Shown here: piece after piece, positions 11,513-20,812 of the stretch
Numbering within the stretch: position 1 is the stretch's first letter
Layout of the letters: every line of letters begins with the position of its first letter
Assembly: GCA_965541585.1 (NCBI GenBank)
Contig: CBEUCH010000004.1
Coordinates: forward strand, 135,871-199,870
Direction: 5' to 3'
DNA: 64,000 nt
Source of the DNA: an uncultured bacterium
Lineage (GTDB): Bacteria; Zixibacteria; MSB-5A5; UBA10806
Translations under genes and position numbers: made by a program
The notes under the pieces: model-generated
What the model was told of the DNA's origin: nothing
The model's input: only the letters and a program-made list of their open reading frames with translations
Databases searched by the model: none

Positions 11513-14500
11513 ATGATGCAACTCTCCCAGCCTCAGAAACAAGCCGTGGAATACCTCGGCGGGCCGCAGATAATCCTGGCGGGCGCAGGCTCAGGCAAGA
11601 CCCGGGTTATCGTCGCCAAGGCACAATATCTGATTGAGGAGAAGAGCTACTCGCCGGAATCGCTTCTGGTAATCACCTATTCCACCAAAACCCAGGCCGA
11701 GCTGGAAGAGCGGATGGCCATTCTCGGAAACCGCATGCCGGAGATCAAGACCTTCCATTCTCTCGGCCTGGACATAATCAACGAATTTTCACACCTCCTA
11801 GGCGCCGGAGGGGAGATCAGCAAAGCCAGCGAGTATCGGCTTCATCAATACTTGAAAAGAGCAATATCCGAGCTTGCCGAATCAATGCTCTTAGATACCA
11901 ACCTGCCGGATGAGATTTACAGGGGTATTGCAGAATTTATCGAGCGAGCCAAGGATGAGCTGGTGTCGCCGGATGACGTGATTACGGCAGCGGAAGACCA
12001 GTTAAGCGGTCTTCCGGCAGATGCCGGCGATGATGACGATATTATTGTCAACCGTGACCGCTGGACGAAGGTCCTGGAAGCGGGCAGGATATATCGTGCC
12101 TACGAGAGAATAAAATCCGAAAATACCGATACTCAGGGCGGCAATATCGACTATGGTGATATGATTGTCACCTCGCACAGGCTCCTTTCGACTCAGAAGA
12201 TAGTGGGGGCTACGTTAAGGCAGCGAATCGAATATATCCTCGTCGATGAATTCCAGGATGCCAACTACGCCCAGGTCGAGATACTTTATCATCTCGCCGG
12301 AAATAAATGCGGTATCACGGTTGTCGGCGACGACGACCAGGCCATATACAGGTTCCGCGGCGCGAGCTTCGCATCGTTTAAGCTCTTCCAACAGTTATTC
12401 CCGGATGCCGAGGTTCATAAGCTGGAGGAAAATTTCAGGTCGACCTCGAATATCGTAAGAGCGGCTCAGTCGGTTATCGAGATCGATCCCGAAGCGCGTT
12501 TTGAATCGCAAAAGAAAATGTTTTCATCAGGCGATTCAGGTGAAAAGGTTTCGGTCAGAGTCTGTCCCGATTATCTGACCGAGGCGGAATCGGTGACGGA
12601 TGAAATAGGATCTCTTTTGAAAATAGAAAAATATAACAAACCAAAATCGATTGCCGTTCTTTTCAGGGCGAGGCGCCATAAGGATCTATTGGCTGGAATC
12701 CTGCAGAGAAAAAAGATCGATTTTTTTTATGATAAAAAAATAGAGGAATCGTCATCGCAGCCCGTCAAGTTATTAGGGACTCTCTACGAATTCGTGCTCG
12801 ACAGCAGCCGTCGGGACCTGCTGGCTGTGATAGTTCATCATTTCCTGCCCGGCATAGAACCTGATCTCGAGAGGGAGATCGGGTATAAGCTCTCGCGCCG
12901 GGAGAACGAACCGCTCGATATATTAAGAGCCATCGCCTCGGAAAGCGACAAGGTATTATCTGCCGACCTTCTTAATCTGATCGGTCTTCTGAATGAATTA
13001 AGGACCTTGACTCCAGAAAAGAATCCGCTGCAGCTTCTGGAGCAAGTTATATCACGGGCGGGCATTTTATCATCGGTTATCGCCAATGGGCAGATTATTG
13101 ATCATCAGGCTATGGCCGATATTGCCGGAATACTCAGGGATGCTGATTCATTCATGCAGGAGAATGATACCGGGTCCCACCCGGCATTTCTGGAATATCT
13201 GAGCTGGAAAACCGGCGTTTCCGAAGATGAAAACGCCATCGAGGAGACCGAGGCTCCGGTAGTTTTGCAGACTGTTCATGGTTCGAAAGGACTTGAGTAC
13301 CCGGTTGTATTTGTTATAGGGCTATCGAATATTCGTTTTCCCTCTCGAAGAAGAAGCGTCACCCTCGAGTTCCCGCCCGAGCTTTACAAAGACGAATTAC
13401 CGCCCGGCGATTACAGGATTCAGGAGGAACGTCGGCTGTTCTACGTTGCCATGACCCGCGCCCGCGAGAGGCTTTACCTGCACGGACTCGAAAAGAAGGG
13501 AACCAGGTTGTCGCAGTTCGTAAAGGAACTGACCGGGCAGCCGGTTTTCGATGAGGTCGGCGAAACAAAGAAGATCGACCAGACAACAACGTTACCTGAA
13601 GCCGCCTTCGGGCCGGCTGAGGCCATTGACGACGCGAGATCCGTTGTGATTCCGGGCTCGGTTCCCATTGAGGATGCGCTTCCCGAAAGTATCTTGAAAC
13701 TCTGGAGAATCGAATCCTCAAAGATCCAAACGCCGGAGGAGTTCGAGCAGATCAAAGATGAGTTTAGTAGCAAGATTGATTCTTCGCTTTCGGAATTGAA
13801 AAGCCTTATCGACCATGAGAAATTTGCTCCTCGTCAACCGGACCAGCGGTTCAAAGTCGACCGGGTTTCCTATACCGACCTGGAGACATTTGATACATGC
13901 CCGCTGAAGTTTTACTACCGGAAAATACTTCGTATGCCCTCACCGCCTTCACCCCATCAATTGCTGGGGCAGGTGATACATGCGGTACTGGAGAAGGCGG
14001 GGAAATCCATGATGGATGGCAAGGCTGCCGGGTTTGAGGGTCTCATCGAAGAATTCCAATCCCGGTGGAAAAGAATCCATTTGAGCGATCCCGATCAGAA
14101 AGAACGATTGATGCAAAGAGGTCGTGAGCTGCTTGAGAATTTTGCTGCTTTACAATCGAAAAGACCGGGCAAACCGGAATCATTTGAGAAGTCTTTTGAG
14201 ATAGAGCTTCCCAACGCCCGGCTGACGGGCAGAATCGATAGGGTCGATAAGACACCGTCGGGATTGGCCGTCATAGACTATAAAACGGGCAAGAAAGATG
14301 ACTCGAAACTGAAAAAAGATTTGCAGCTGCCTATCTATTCCCTGGCCTGCAAAGAGATATTTGGAGAATACCCGTCGAGTCTGATTTTCATGTTTCTCAA
14401 GGACGGTTCGATTCACGAGGACTCGTTCGATCCTGAAGCTTTAGAAGCGAAAAGAACGGAGATAGAGGACAGGATAGAAAGGATTAACTCATCCGATTTC

Positions 14501-14569
14501 GCGGCCACTCCCGGATATGATTGCCGTTATTGTGATTTCCGCCGGATTTGCCCGGCGCAACAAAAATGA
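11513..14569 (+). CDS. UvrD/Rep-family SF1 helicase fused to a C-terminal PD-(D/E)XK nuclease with Cas4/AddB-like Fe-S cysteine set (AddA/RecB-like helicase-nuclease)
   Basis: N-terminus 'QPQKQAVEYLGGPQIILAGAGSGKTRV' holds the Walker A motif. 'DEFQDANYAQ' is motif II. 'VHGSKGLEYPVVFV' and 'MTRAR' are motifs V/VI. The C-terminus has 'TCPLKFYYRKIL', 'IDRVD...IDYKTGK' (the nuclease motif) and 'YDCRYCDFRRICP' (the Cys cluster). Confidence 0.8.
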   Translation: MMQLSQPQKQAVEYLGGPQIILAGAGSGKTRVIVAKAQYLIEEKSYSPESLLVITYSTKTQAELEERMAILGNRMPEIKTFHSLGLDIINEFSHLLGAGGEISKASEYRLHQYLKRAISELAESMLLDTNLPDEIYRGIAEFIERAKDELVSPDDVITAAEDQLSGLPADAGDDDDIIVNRDRWTKVLEAGRIYRAYERIKSENTDTQGGNIDYGDMIVTSHRLLSTQKIVGATLRQRIEYILVDEFQDANYAQVEILYHLAGNKCGITVVGDDDQAIYRFRGASFASFKLFQQLFPDAEVHKLEENFRSTSNIVRAAQSVIEIDPEARFESQKKMFSSGDSGEKVSVRVCPDYLTEAESVTDEIGSLLKIEKYNKPKSIAVLFRARRHKDLLAGILQRKKIDFFYDKKIEESSSQPVKLLGTLYEFVLDSSRRDLLAVIVHHFLPGIEPDLEREIGYKLSRRENEPLDILRAIASESDKVLSADLLNLIGLLNELRTLTPEKNPLQLLEQVISRAGILSSVIANGQIIDHQAMADIAGILRDADSFMQENDTGSHPAFLEYLSWKTGVSEDENAIEETEAPVVLQTVHGSKGLEYPVVFVIGLSNIRFPSRRRSVTLEFPPELYKDELPPGDYRIQEERRLFYVAMTRARERLYLHGLEKKGTRLSQFVKELTGQPVFDEVGETKKIDQTTTLPEAAFGPAEAIDDARSVVIPGSVPIEDALPESILKLWRIESSKIQTPEEFEQIKDEFSSKIDSSLSELKSLIDHEKFAPRQPDQRFKVDRVSYTDLETFDTCPLKFYYRKILRMPSPPSPHQLLGQVIHAVLEKAGKSMMDGKAAGFEGLIEEFQSRWKRIHLSDPDQKERLMQRGRELLENFAALQSKRPGKPESFEKSFEIELPNARLTGRIDRVDKTPSGLAVIDYKTGKKDDSKLKKDLQLPIYSLACKEIFGEYPSSLIFMFLKDGSIHEDSFDPEALEAKRTEIEDRIERINSSDFAATPGYDCRYCDFRRICPAQQK

Positions 14570-14607
14570 TAGCTTGTTCAAGGAATCAGGGTAACATGCC
14601 CCGCCGC

Positions 14608-14758
14608 CGTCTGTAGGGCTGTCATTCCCGACCCCGATCGGGAATCCAGTGCCACACACCATCATGGATTCCCGTTTTCACGGAAATGACAAGGGATATC
14701 CTGGTGGAGGGCCAAACCGCAGTACGCCTTCGGGCAAACGCGCTTCCCCCTACAGCCC
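14608..14758. repeat. Intergenic palindromic repeat element (MITE/REP-like) with a 30-bp core shared with 56496-56525
   Basis: The ends resemble each other in inverse ('ctgtagggctg' ... 'ccctacagcccc'). The core 'tgtcattcccgaccccgatcgggaatccag' (14619-14648) is itself hairpin-forming. Its reverse complement is identical at 56496-56525. The element lies between the convergent helicase-nuclease and pyrE genes. Confidence 0.45.
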
Positions 14759-15328
14759 CAGCTCCTCTTTAGAAAATATCGCCTCGTATGGAATGTTCAG
14801 CTTTTGAAAATGCTCTCTGGCGCCCTGGTCTCTGTCGACGATCACCATAACCTTGACGATCTCGCATCCTGCCGCCCTTGCCGCCTCGATGGCCTTGGTG
14901 GCCGAGCCGCCGGTGGTGGCCACATCCTCGATGATAACCGCTTTCATCCCTTCCGCCACCGGCCCCTCAACGAGGCTTTTGGTACCGTGATCTTTTGTTT
15001 CCTTGCGGACTATAAAACCGGTCAGCTTGCGCCCGCGATTGTGGGCCAGCGCGATGACGGCGCCGATCATGGGATCGGCTCCCAGAGTCGGGCCGCCGAC
15101 GGCATCTATGTCGGTGTTTTCGAGCATATCGAGCATGATCTCCGCCGTCAGGTTGAGACCCTCCGAATCAAGCGTGGCCAGCTTGCCGTTAATGTAATAG
15201 GTGGACTTCTGACCCGAAGCCAGCGTGAAATCACCGAACTTAACGGCCTTCTCAAGCAGAATTTCTTTTAAGCGGTTTTTTTTATCGCTCACCAATATCC
15301 CCTTTCCGGCATACGAAGGCGACGCCAC
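14750..15328 (-). CDS. pyrE: Orotate phosphoribosyltransferase
   Basis: 'FGDFTLASGQKSTYYING' and the PRPP-binding 'AVIIEDVATTGGS' match PyrE. 192 aa. Confidence 0.9.
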   Translation of the reverse strand: MASPSYAGKGILVSDKKNRLKEILLEKAVKFGDFTLASGQKSTYYINGKLATLDSEGLNLTAEIMLDMLENTDIDAVGGPTLGADPMIGAVIALAHNRGRKLTGFIVRKETKDHGTKSLVEGPVAEGMKAVIIEDVATTGGSATKAIEAARAAGCEIVKVMVIVDRDQGAREHFQKLNIPYEAIFSKEELGL

Positions 15329-15413
15329 CCTCCTTGAACCAGCGCCGCCATCACAATTTTAGGAGCTGACATAATACCCGGTCAAGTTTTTTCCCACAGC
15401 GGCTTCCCGATCG

Positions 15414-15788
15414 TCAGTCTGCCAGACCGATCAAAACAGTATCCGAATAGACCATTCCCTTTAGCTCAGCGGACGCGTAAACCAGATAACGGCCGCCTGC
15501 AGGCCAGCTTCCGTCCGGCTTGCGGCCGTCCCAGATGCATTCGTAGCGGCAGATATCGTCGCACTCTCCCCGTCGTGCCCGGGCGAGGTAAGTATAACCG
15601 GTCTTTTTCTCAAGTATATGGACCGAAATTGAGTCAGGGAAATCGCCGTTACCGGACAGAGAAAATTCAAGCGAAATTTTCTCTCCCAGGGCATAGCCTC
15701 CCGGCCCGGTATCATTTATCATCTCGTATTCTTCTGTGCAGGAGGCCGACAGGCTAATCACAAGAATAGCCAGAATAAGAGGCTTCAT
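15414..15788 (-). CDS. Hypothetical secreted/lipoprotein
   Basis: 'MKPLILAILVISLSASC' is a signal peptide with a lipobox-like Cys. 124 aa. No recognisable domain. Confidence 0.4.
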   Translation of the reverse strand: MKPLILAILVISLSASCTEEYEMINDTGPGGYALGEKISLEFSLSGNGDFPDSISVHILEKKTGYTYLARARRGECDDICRYECIWDGRKPDGSWPAGGRYLVYASAELKGMVYSDTVLIGLAD

Positions 15789-15789
15789 A

Positions 15790-17859
15790 TCATGCTTCTG
15801 CTTTTTTGGGGGGCGATGTCCTCCCCAGAAGCGATTCGATTATCAATAGAATCAGAACCGCCAGCAAGAATTCCTTCCATAGCTCCCTTCCGAACCTGGC
15901 TTCTTTAATAGAGGTCTTCATATCGGAGCCCGGTGTGATCGTTCTGACATCAATACCCAATAGCTCGCCGATCTCTTCTATCGTTATTGTCTCGGCGGAC
16001 GATTCAGCACGGTCAGTATTGAATGCCAAAAGCGATAAGGTCTCCTCACCGGATTTGAGGCTGTAAATCCCGGGGGGGCCGAACTCGGTGAAGCTAACCA
16101 GCGATCCGGTTGCAGTCCGCGCCGGGAGAAGATCCTCGATCGTATTGGCCGGGGAGATCAGTTTCAACCCGCCGGTGATATCCCCTCTGACATTCCAGCT
16201 GGAGAGCTCGCCGATGACGCCCGCGAAACCCCCGCCGGCCTCATGGGAGCCCAGATATTCTATGCTTCTTACGAGGAAGGGGACAAAAAATGAGTGGGCG
16301 GGAATATCGCCCGTTAAGAGATCCAGCCCGCTTGAAAAAACCAGTATCGGTTTCGTCTCGGATTCAACCAGGAGGTTTATCCCCGAACCGCTCGACCCGA
16401 TAGCCCTGCCGCCTTCGAGATGCCTGTAATAATTAATATGGATATCCGGCACGGTCGGCCGTGAACGATCTTCATCATCGGGAGAATACAAAGAGAAGAT
16501 CGGATGCTCGAAATCGAAATTGTCCCAGATGATGTACTCACCCGTCTTTCCCGCAAGTTCACCCGGGGATACGCCTGCATTTTCCATCAGAAATCGTTTC
16601 CAATATGCCGTGCTGGACGATCTTCCCAACGATACAAGCAACCCGCCTCCGGCGGAGACGAATCTTTCTACGGCCGCTTCCCGAGCGGGATCGAGGTTTG
16701 GCAGATCGTAAAGCAAAATCACATTATAACGTTCCAGATTTTCCCGGAGAAGATCCGCAGCCCCGATCCCCTTGTAATCTATCTGCCCCGCTTCCTCTCT
16801 GTCGAGCACCAGGTTGAGCAGTTTCAGGTTGTTTGCGGTCTGCCCCACCGTCAGCAGACTAATTTTCTCAGGGACGTGGAGGCTGAAATATCGCTTGTTG
16901 TCCAGGCCGTAACGGTCATAATCGATCTCCACATAACCGCCGTGATCTCCGGGCGAGTCGAGCTTGAATGTAACGCCGACCCTCGAAGGATGGTTTGGCG
17001 GGAGAGATACGCTTGCCTGTGCCCTCCGTTGGCCATCGACAACCACGCCGACAAGTATGTTTTGGAGAGTTCCCCTGCCATGATTAACGAGCTCTGCTTC
17101 CAGATCAAAGTTTTCTCCCGGGATGAGAATTTGAGGGGGATACAAAATATCGGTGATCCCGACATTATCTGCTCCCGTCGGCTCCGAGAGGATGCTGAAT
17201 ATATGAATGCCCTCCCATGATTCTGTCTGCAATATTTCAGGAGGGAGGTTGTCCCAATTTCCCCTCTGGTGATCGGAAAATATATATATTTCACGATTCA
17301 GATCAGGGCTGCCCTGGAGGATTTCCAGCCCCGCTTGAAGCGCCTCGCCTACATCGCCTGTTTGATAGCCCTGTTCAATGTCTTTCAAACGTCTTTTCAG
17401 ATTATCGCCGGGGTTAAACGGCCCCACTATAAAAGGCGCTCCGCTTCCAGGATAAGAAATAATGGTAACCACATCGCCCGGGTCGAGAATATCAAAAAGC
17501 CTGCCAGCCATTCTCTTTGCTTCATCGAATATGCTGCCTGTTTCTCCCTCGGCCTCCATCGATGCTGTCCTGTCCAGAATCACGACCACCGACGATGCGG
17601 CCTTCGATGAGCCGACGAAACCTCGCAGAGTCGGTCGTGCAAAAGCCATCACAATCAATGCAATAATCATCATTCTCAGGACCAGAAGCAGAAGTTCCTT
17701 GATCTTGAGCCATCGCATTCGGCTTTTCTGCATCTGCTCAAGAAACTTAAGAGACGAAAACTCGATAGTCTTGATGCGTCTTTTCGAGAGAAGATGAATT
17801 ATCAGCGGTATAGAGACCGCAGCCAGCGCCAGTAGAAATGCCGAATTCAAAAAGCTCAT
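15790..17859 (-). CDS. BatA-like membrane protein: N-terminal double-TM anchor + von Willebrand factor A domain, C-terminal TM
   Basis: 'MSFLNSAFLLALAAVSIPLIIHLLSKRR...LLLLVLRMMIIALIVMAFARP' matches the N-terminal two-TM aerotolerance-type domain. 'VVVILDRTASM' starts the vWA domain (its metal-ion-dependent adhesion site, MIDAS). C-terminal 'LLAVLILLIIESLLG' is a TM segment. Confidence 0.6.
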   Translation of the reverse strand: MSFLNSAFLLALAAVSIPLIIHLLSKRRIKTIEFSSLKFLEQMQKSRMRWLKIKELLLLVLRMMIIALIVMAFARPTLRGFVGSSKAASSVVVILDRTASMEAEGETGSIFDEAKRMAGRLFDILDPGDVVTIISYPGSGAPFIVGPFNPGDNLKRRLKDIEQGYQTGDVGEALQAGLEILQGSPDLNREIYIFSDHQRGNWDNLPPEILQTESWEGIHIFSILSEPTGADNVGITDILYPPQILIPGENFDLEAELVNHGRGTLQNILVGVVVDGQRRAQASVSLPPNHPSRVGVTFKLDSPGDHGGYVEIDYDRYGLDNKRYFSLHVPEKISLLTVGQTANNLKLLNLVLDREEAGQIDYKGIGAADLLRENLERYNVILLYDLPNLDPAREAAVERFVSAGGGLLVSLGRSSSTAYWKRFLMENAGVSPGELAGKTGEYIIWDNFDFEHPIFSLYSPDDEDRSRPTVPDIHINYYRHLEGGRAIGSSGSGINLLVESETKPILVFSSGLDLLTGDIPAHSFFVPFLVRSIEYLGSHEAGGGFAGVIGELSSWNVRGDITGGLKLISPANTIEDLLPARTATGSLVSFTEFGPPGIYSLKSGEETLSLLAFNTDRAESSAETITIEEIGELLGIDVRTITPGSDMKTSIKEARFGRELWKEFLLAVLILLIIESLLGRTSPPKKAEA

Positions 17860-17905
17860 ACTAATAAATTAACTAAGTTGTCAATCCTCCGGTAGCGAGC
17901 ATATG

Positions 17906-19759
17906 TTACATCCCGAGTTCGTATTTTGATTCCATATATTTTTTGGCCAGCATATTCAGATATGCGCCGCCACCTGCGCGCGCCGCCTCTTCAAAGAAGT
18001 CTTTTGCCTCGTCTCTTCTGCCTTGCAGGTCGGCTGTCCTGCCCATCTCCATAAATATCATGGCTTGATAGTACGGCCGCCGCTCCAGAAAAAAGGCGAT
18101 ACCGAGGTTTTGTTCGGCCCTGTCAAATTCCCCGAGTAATGTGAACGCCCGGCCGGCCGTCAGATAGTGTAACGGATTATAGGACGCCTGCGTAGTGAGA
18201 TTGAGAGCGAGAGCGGCAGCTTGCTCAAGCAGCGAATCGACTCCGGCCTCTCCCGATATGATCTTCAGCCTGGCCGATTCGAAAGAATAATCGGGTGACA
18301 GGAGAACATCACCCTCCAGTTTATCGAATATCGTCCTCGCCGAATCGATATCGCCGCTATCTATCAGAATACCTACCAACCTCAGTCCGGAGATCCCGTA
18401 TTGGCTCTCGACAAAAGCTTCCTCATACAGTCTGACAGCCGCCTCAAAATCTCCCAAGGTCATCTCCGTATCGGCCTTTAGAGTTAAAAACCGCGGGCTT
18501 CGTCCCGATAATTCAACCAGGTCGCTATAAGTTTTATCCGCAGCATCATAATCTCCCAGCCAGTACTGGCAGGCCGACAGGTAGTTTAAATTGTCGGATT
18601 TATCATTGCCGTCCAGAGCAGCGAGCTCGGCATAATATTCCCTAGCCTTCTCTATCTTCTTCTGCTGGAAGTAGATGGACGCGTAGTATCCCAATTCCAC
18701 ACTACCCGGTTTATAATTTTCGATGTAATCGATATACTGCTCGATCGCACTCAATAAGCTCATCCTGTAGATTTCCCTGAAATTAGTTTCAAAATCCACA
18801 GGTGAGGATTGCCTGTATAGTTTTTTGAAATTCGAAAAGCTGCGTGTTTCAAAAAGCCAGTTGACAAATCCGCCGCAGAAAATAGAGCCTGTATCGCTAT
18901 TCACCCAACCGTAGCGAGAGAAGTTCGCAAGGATACCAGCCGGCTCAAGTTGGTGGACAAATTTCCTCATTTCCAATTTGCCATCTTCATAATAGTGAGC
19001 CAGGCCGGTCGCCATCCACCTCGGGCCGTAACCCCAGAGACTATATATCAAAAGCTCCGCCGCAGGCGCGGGAGATACGGCATCGACATCATGGCCATAT
19101 ATCAGATCGATTCTTCTCGAGTTAGGAAGAATAGAGTAATGCAGATCCCGGTCCAGATAAACTTCATCCGTCGGTTCCGGGTGAATGAAAAAATCTATCT
19201 TCTCGAACATCGATAATTTGTAGCTGTTGCGATAATGATCGTAGATAATCTCAAGATAGCTCATCCTAATATTCCACATGTAATCCGCCAGAGAACCTTT
19301 CACCCAGCGCGTCAGATAGTGAATCGATGTTGAACTGCCCCATATCTCAGCGTCATTCAGAGAATAATTGAATTTCTGCACAGAGCCGGTGTCATTCTGA
19401 ATGATAAAGGTGTAGTTTATCGAGGCGTCATTCTTAACGGGAACCGACGGAATGATCATTTTCTCCCCGACGGCAAGCATCATAGGGTATTGGAAGTTTT
19501 TGAAATCCGGGCCCAATCCGGAGAGTTCGACCAACAGGCGGTATTTCCCGGCCGAATCAGCCGTCGGAGACAACTTGAGAGTATACGGCCCGGTGAAGAT
19601 TTCACGGCTATTGCCCAACGGCACCGAAACCCTGCCGTCAAATACGGTGATGGCCGGTTGGCCGATTATGTCCCCTTTTACGCTGATCTGCAGCGCCCCC
19701 GCGAAGGCAATGTTTGCAGAAAACAGAATAATCGATACCAGTGCAAATACCAATCTCAT
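17906..19759 (-). CDS. Secreted TPR-repeat protein (hypothetical)
   Basis: 'MRLVFALVSIILFSANIAFA' is a signal peptide. The C-terminal half is rich in TPR-like repeats ('YYASIYFQQKKIEKAREYYAELAALDG...'). Confidence 0.45.
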   Translation of the reverse strand: MRLVFALVSIILFSANIAFAGALQISVKGDIIGQPAITVFDGRVSVPLGNSREIFTGPYTLKLSPTADSAGKYRLLVELSGLGPDFKNFQYPMMLAVGEKMIIPSVPVKNDASINYTFIIQNDTGSVQKFNYSLNDAEIWGSSTSIHYLTRWVKGSLADYMWNIRMSYLEIIYDHYRNSYKLSMFEKIDFFIHPEPTDEVYLDRDLHYSILPNSRRIDLIYGHDVDAVSPAPAAELLIYSLWGYGPRWMATGLAHYYEDGKLEMRKFVHQLEPAGILANFSRYGWVNSDTGSIFCGGFVNWLFETRSFSNFKKLYRQSSPVDFETNFREIYRMSLLSAIEQYIDYIENYKPGSVELGYYASIYFQQKKIEKAREYYAELAALDGNDKSDNLNYLSACQYWLGDYDAADKTYSDLVELSGRSPRFLTLKADTEMTLGDFEAAVRLYEEAFVESQYGISGLRLVGILIDSGDIDSARTIFDKLEGDVLLSPDYSFESARLKIISGEAGVDSLLEQAAALALNLTTQASYNPLHYLTAGRAFTLLGEFDRAEQNLGIAFFLERRPYYQAMIFMEMGRTADLQGRRDEAKDFFEEAARAGGGAYLNMLAKKYMESKYELGM

Positions 19760-20610
19760 ACTTTTGCCAACTTCCTTAATAGCGTCAGGTTTATCTTATC
19801 CATATCACCATCGGTTCCTTTCGGAGTCTCCAGGAGTTTCGGGATCTTTTCAAATCTTTTATCCCGCATGAAAAATGCGAACGGTTCTTTGCCGATCTCG
19901 CCTTTGCCGATATGCTCGTGACGATCCACCCTGGAACCGAGCCCCTTTTTGGAGTCATTGACGTGGATTACCGCCAGCCTCTCCAAACCGATTATACGTT
20001 CGAACTCAGAAATCGTTTTCTCGTACGCTTCCCTGGTGGTGATATCGTAGCCGGCGGCAAATATATGACAGGTATCGAGGCAAACCGCCGGCCTTTCCGG
20101 ATGAGATGATTGCTCTATCATGGAGGCTATTTGCTCGAATTTATGGCCCAGGTTCGATCCCTGCCCGGCGGTGGTCTCGAGAGTTATCCTGACCTTGAAC
20201 CCTTCAGTTCGCTCATGCAGCCAGCTTATCGATTCGGCAATCCTCTTGACTCCCCAATCCTCCCCTTGATCGATATGGCTTCCCGGATGGGTAACGAGGT
20301 GAGGTATTCTCAATTTTTCACAGCGTTCCATCTCTATCAGAAAGGCTTCCCGGGATTTCTTTAGAAGGGCTTTATCGGGCGAGCATAAGTTTATCAGATA
20401 TGAATCGTGGGCGATCACGGAATTGATTCCCGTTCTTTTCTGTTCTGTGTGAAATTTCGCCAGCTCCTCATCGGTTAGTTCCTTGGCTCTCCATTGGTTG
20501 GAAGATTTGGTGAAGATCTGTATGGTGGTGCAGCCGAACTTCTCGCCATGCAGAAAAGCGTTGAAAGCGCCGCCTGCGATTGACATGTGTGCGCCCAGAA
20601 GCATTGTCAT
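19756..20610 (-). CDS. nfo: Endonuclease IV (AP endonuclease family 2)
   Basis: 'LGAHMSIAGG...IQIFTKSSNQW...HLVTHPGSH...VCLDTCHIFAAGYD...IHVNDSK' are the Nfo metal-binding motifs. Confidence 0.9.
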   Translation of the reverse strand: MTMLLGAHMSIAGGAFNAFLHGEKFGCTTIQIFTKSSNQWRAKELTDEELAKFHTEQKRTGINSVIAHDSYLINLCSPDKALLKKSREAFLIEMERCEKLRIPHLVTHPGSHIDQGEDWGVKRIAESISWLHERTEGFKVRITLETTAGQGSNLGHKFEQIASMIEQSSHPERPAVCLDTCHIFAAGYDITTREAYEKTISEFERIIGLERLAVIHVNDSKKGLGSRVDRHEHIGKGEIGKEPFAFFMRDKRFEKIPKLLETPKGTDGDMDKINLTLLRKLAKV

Positions 20611-20812
20611 CTCCCTTCCCGATGCCGTCTGAATCAGTTAACCGATACGGACAATCAAAATACCGATAATCAGCCGATTTTCAAGAGAAAAGAGCGCTGC
20701 TCTTATGCATAGGGTTCTAAGACTACGTTGAACAAATGGTTGAAATCCGGCAAAAGCGCTCAGTCTAAATTGCTCTTGATAGCGCCGGTGCAATTGGTTA
20801 TATACATCACAA

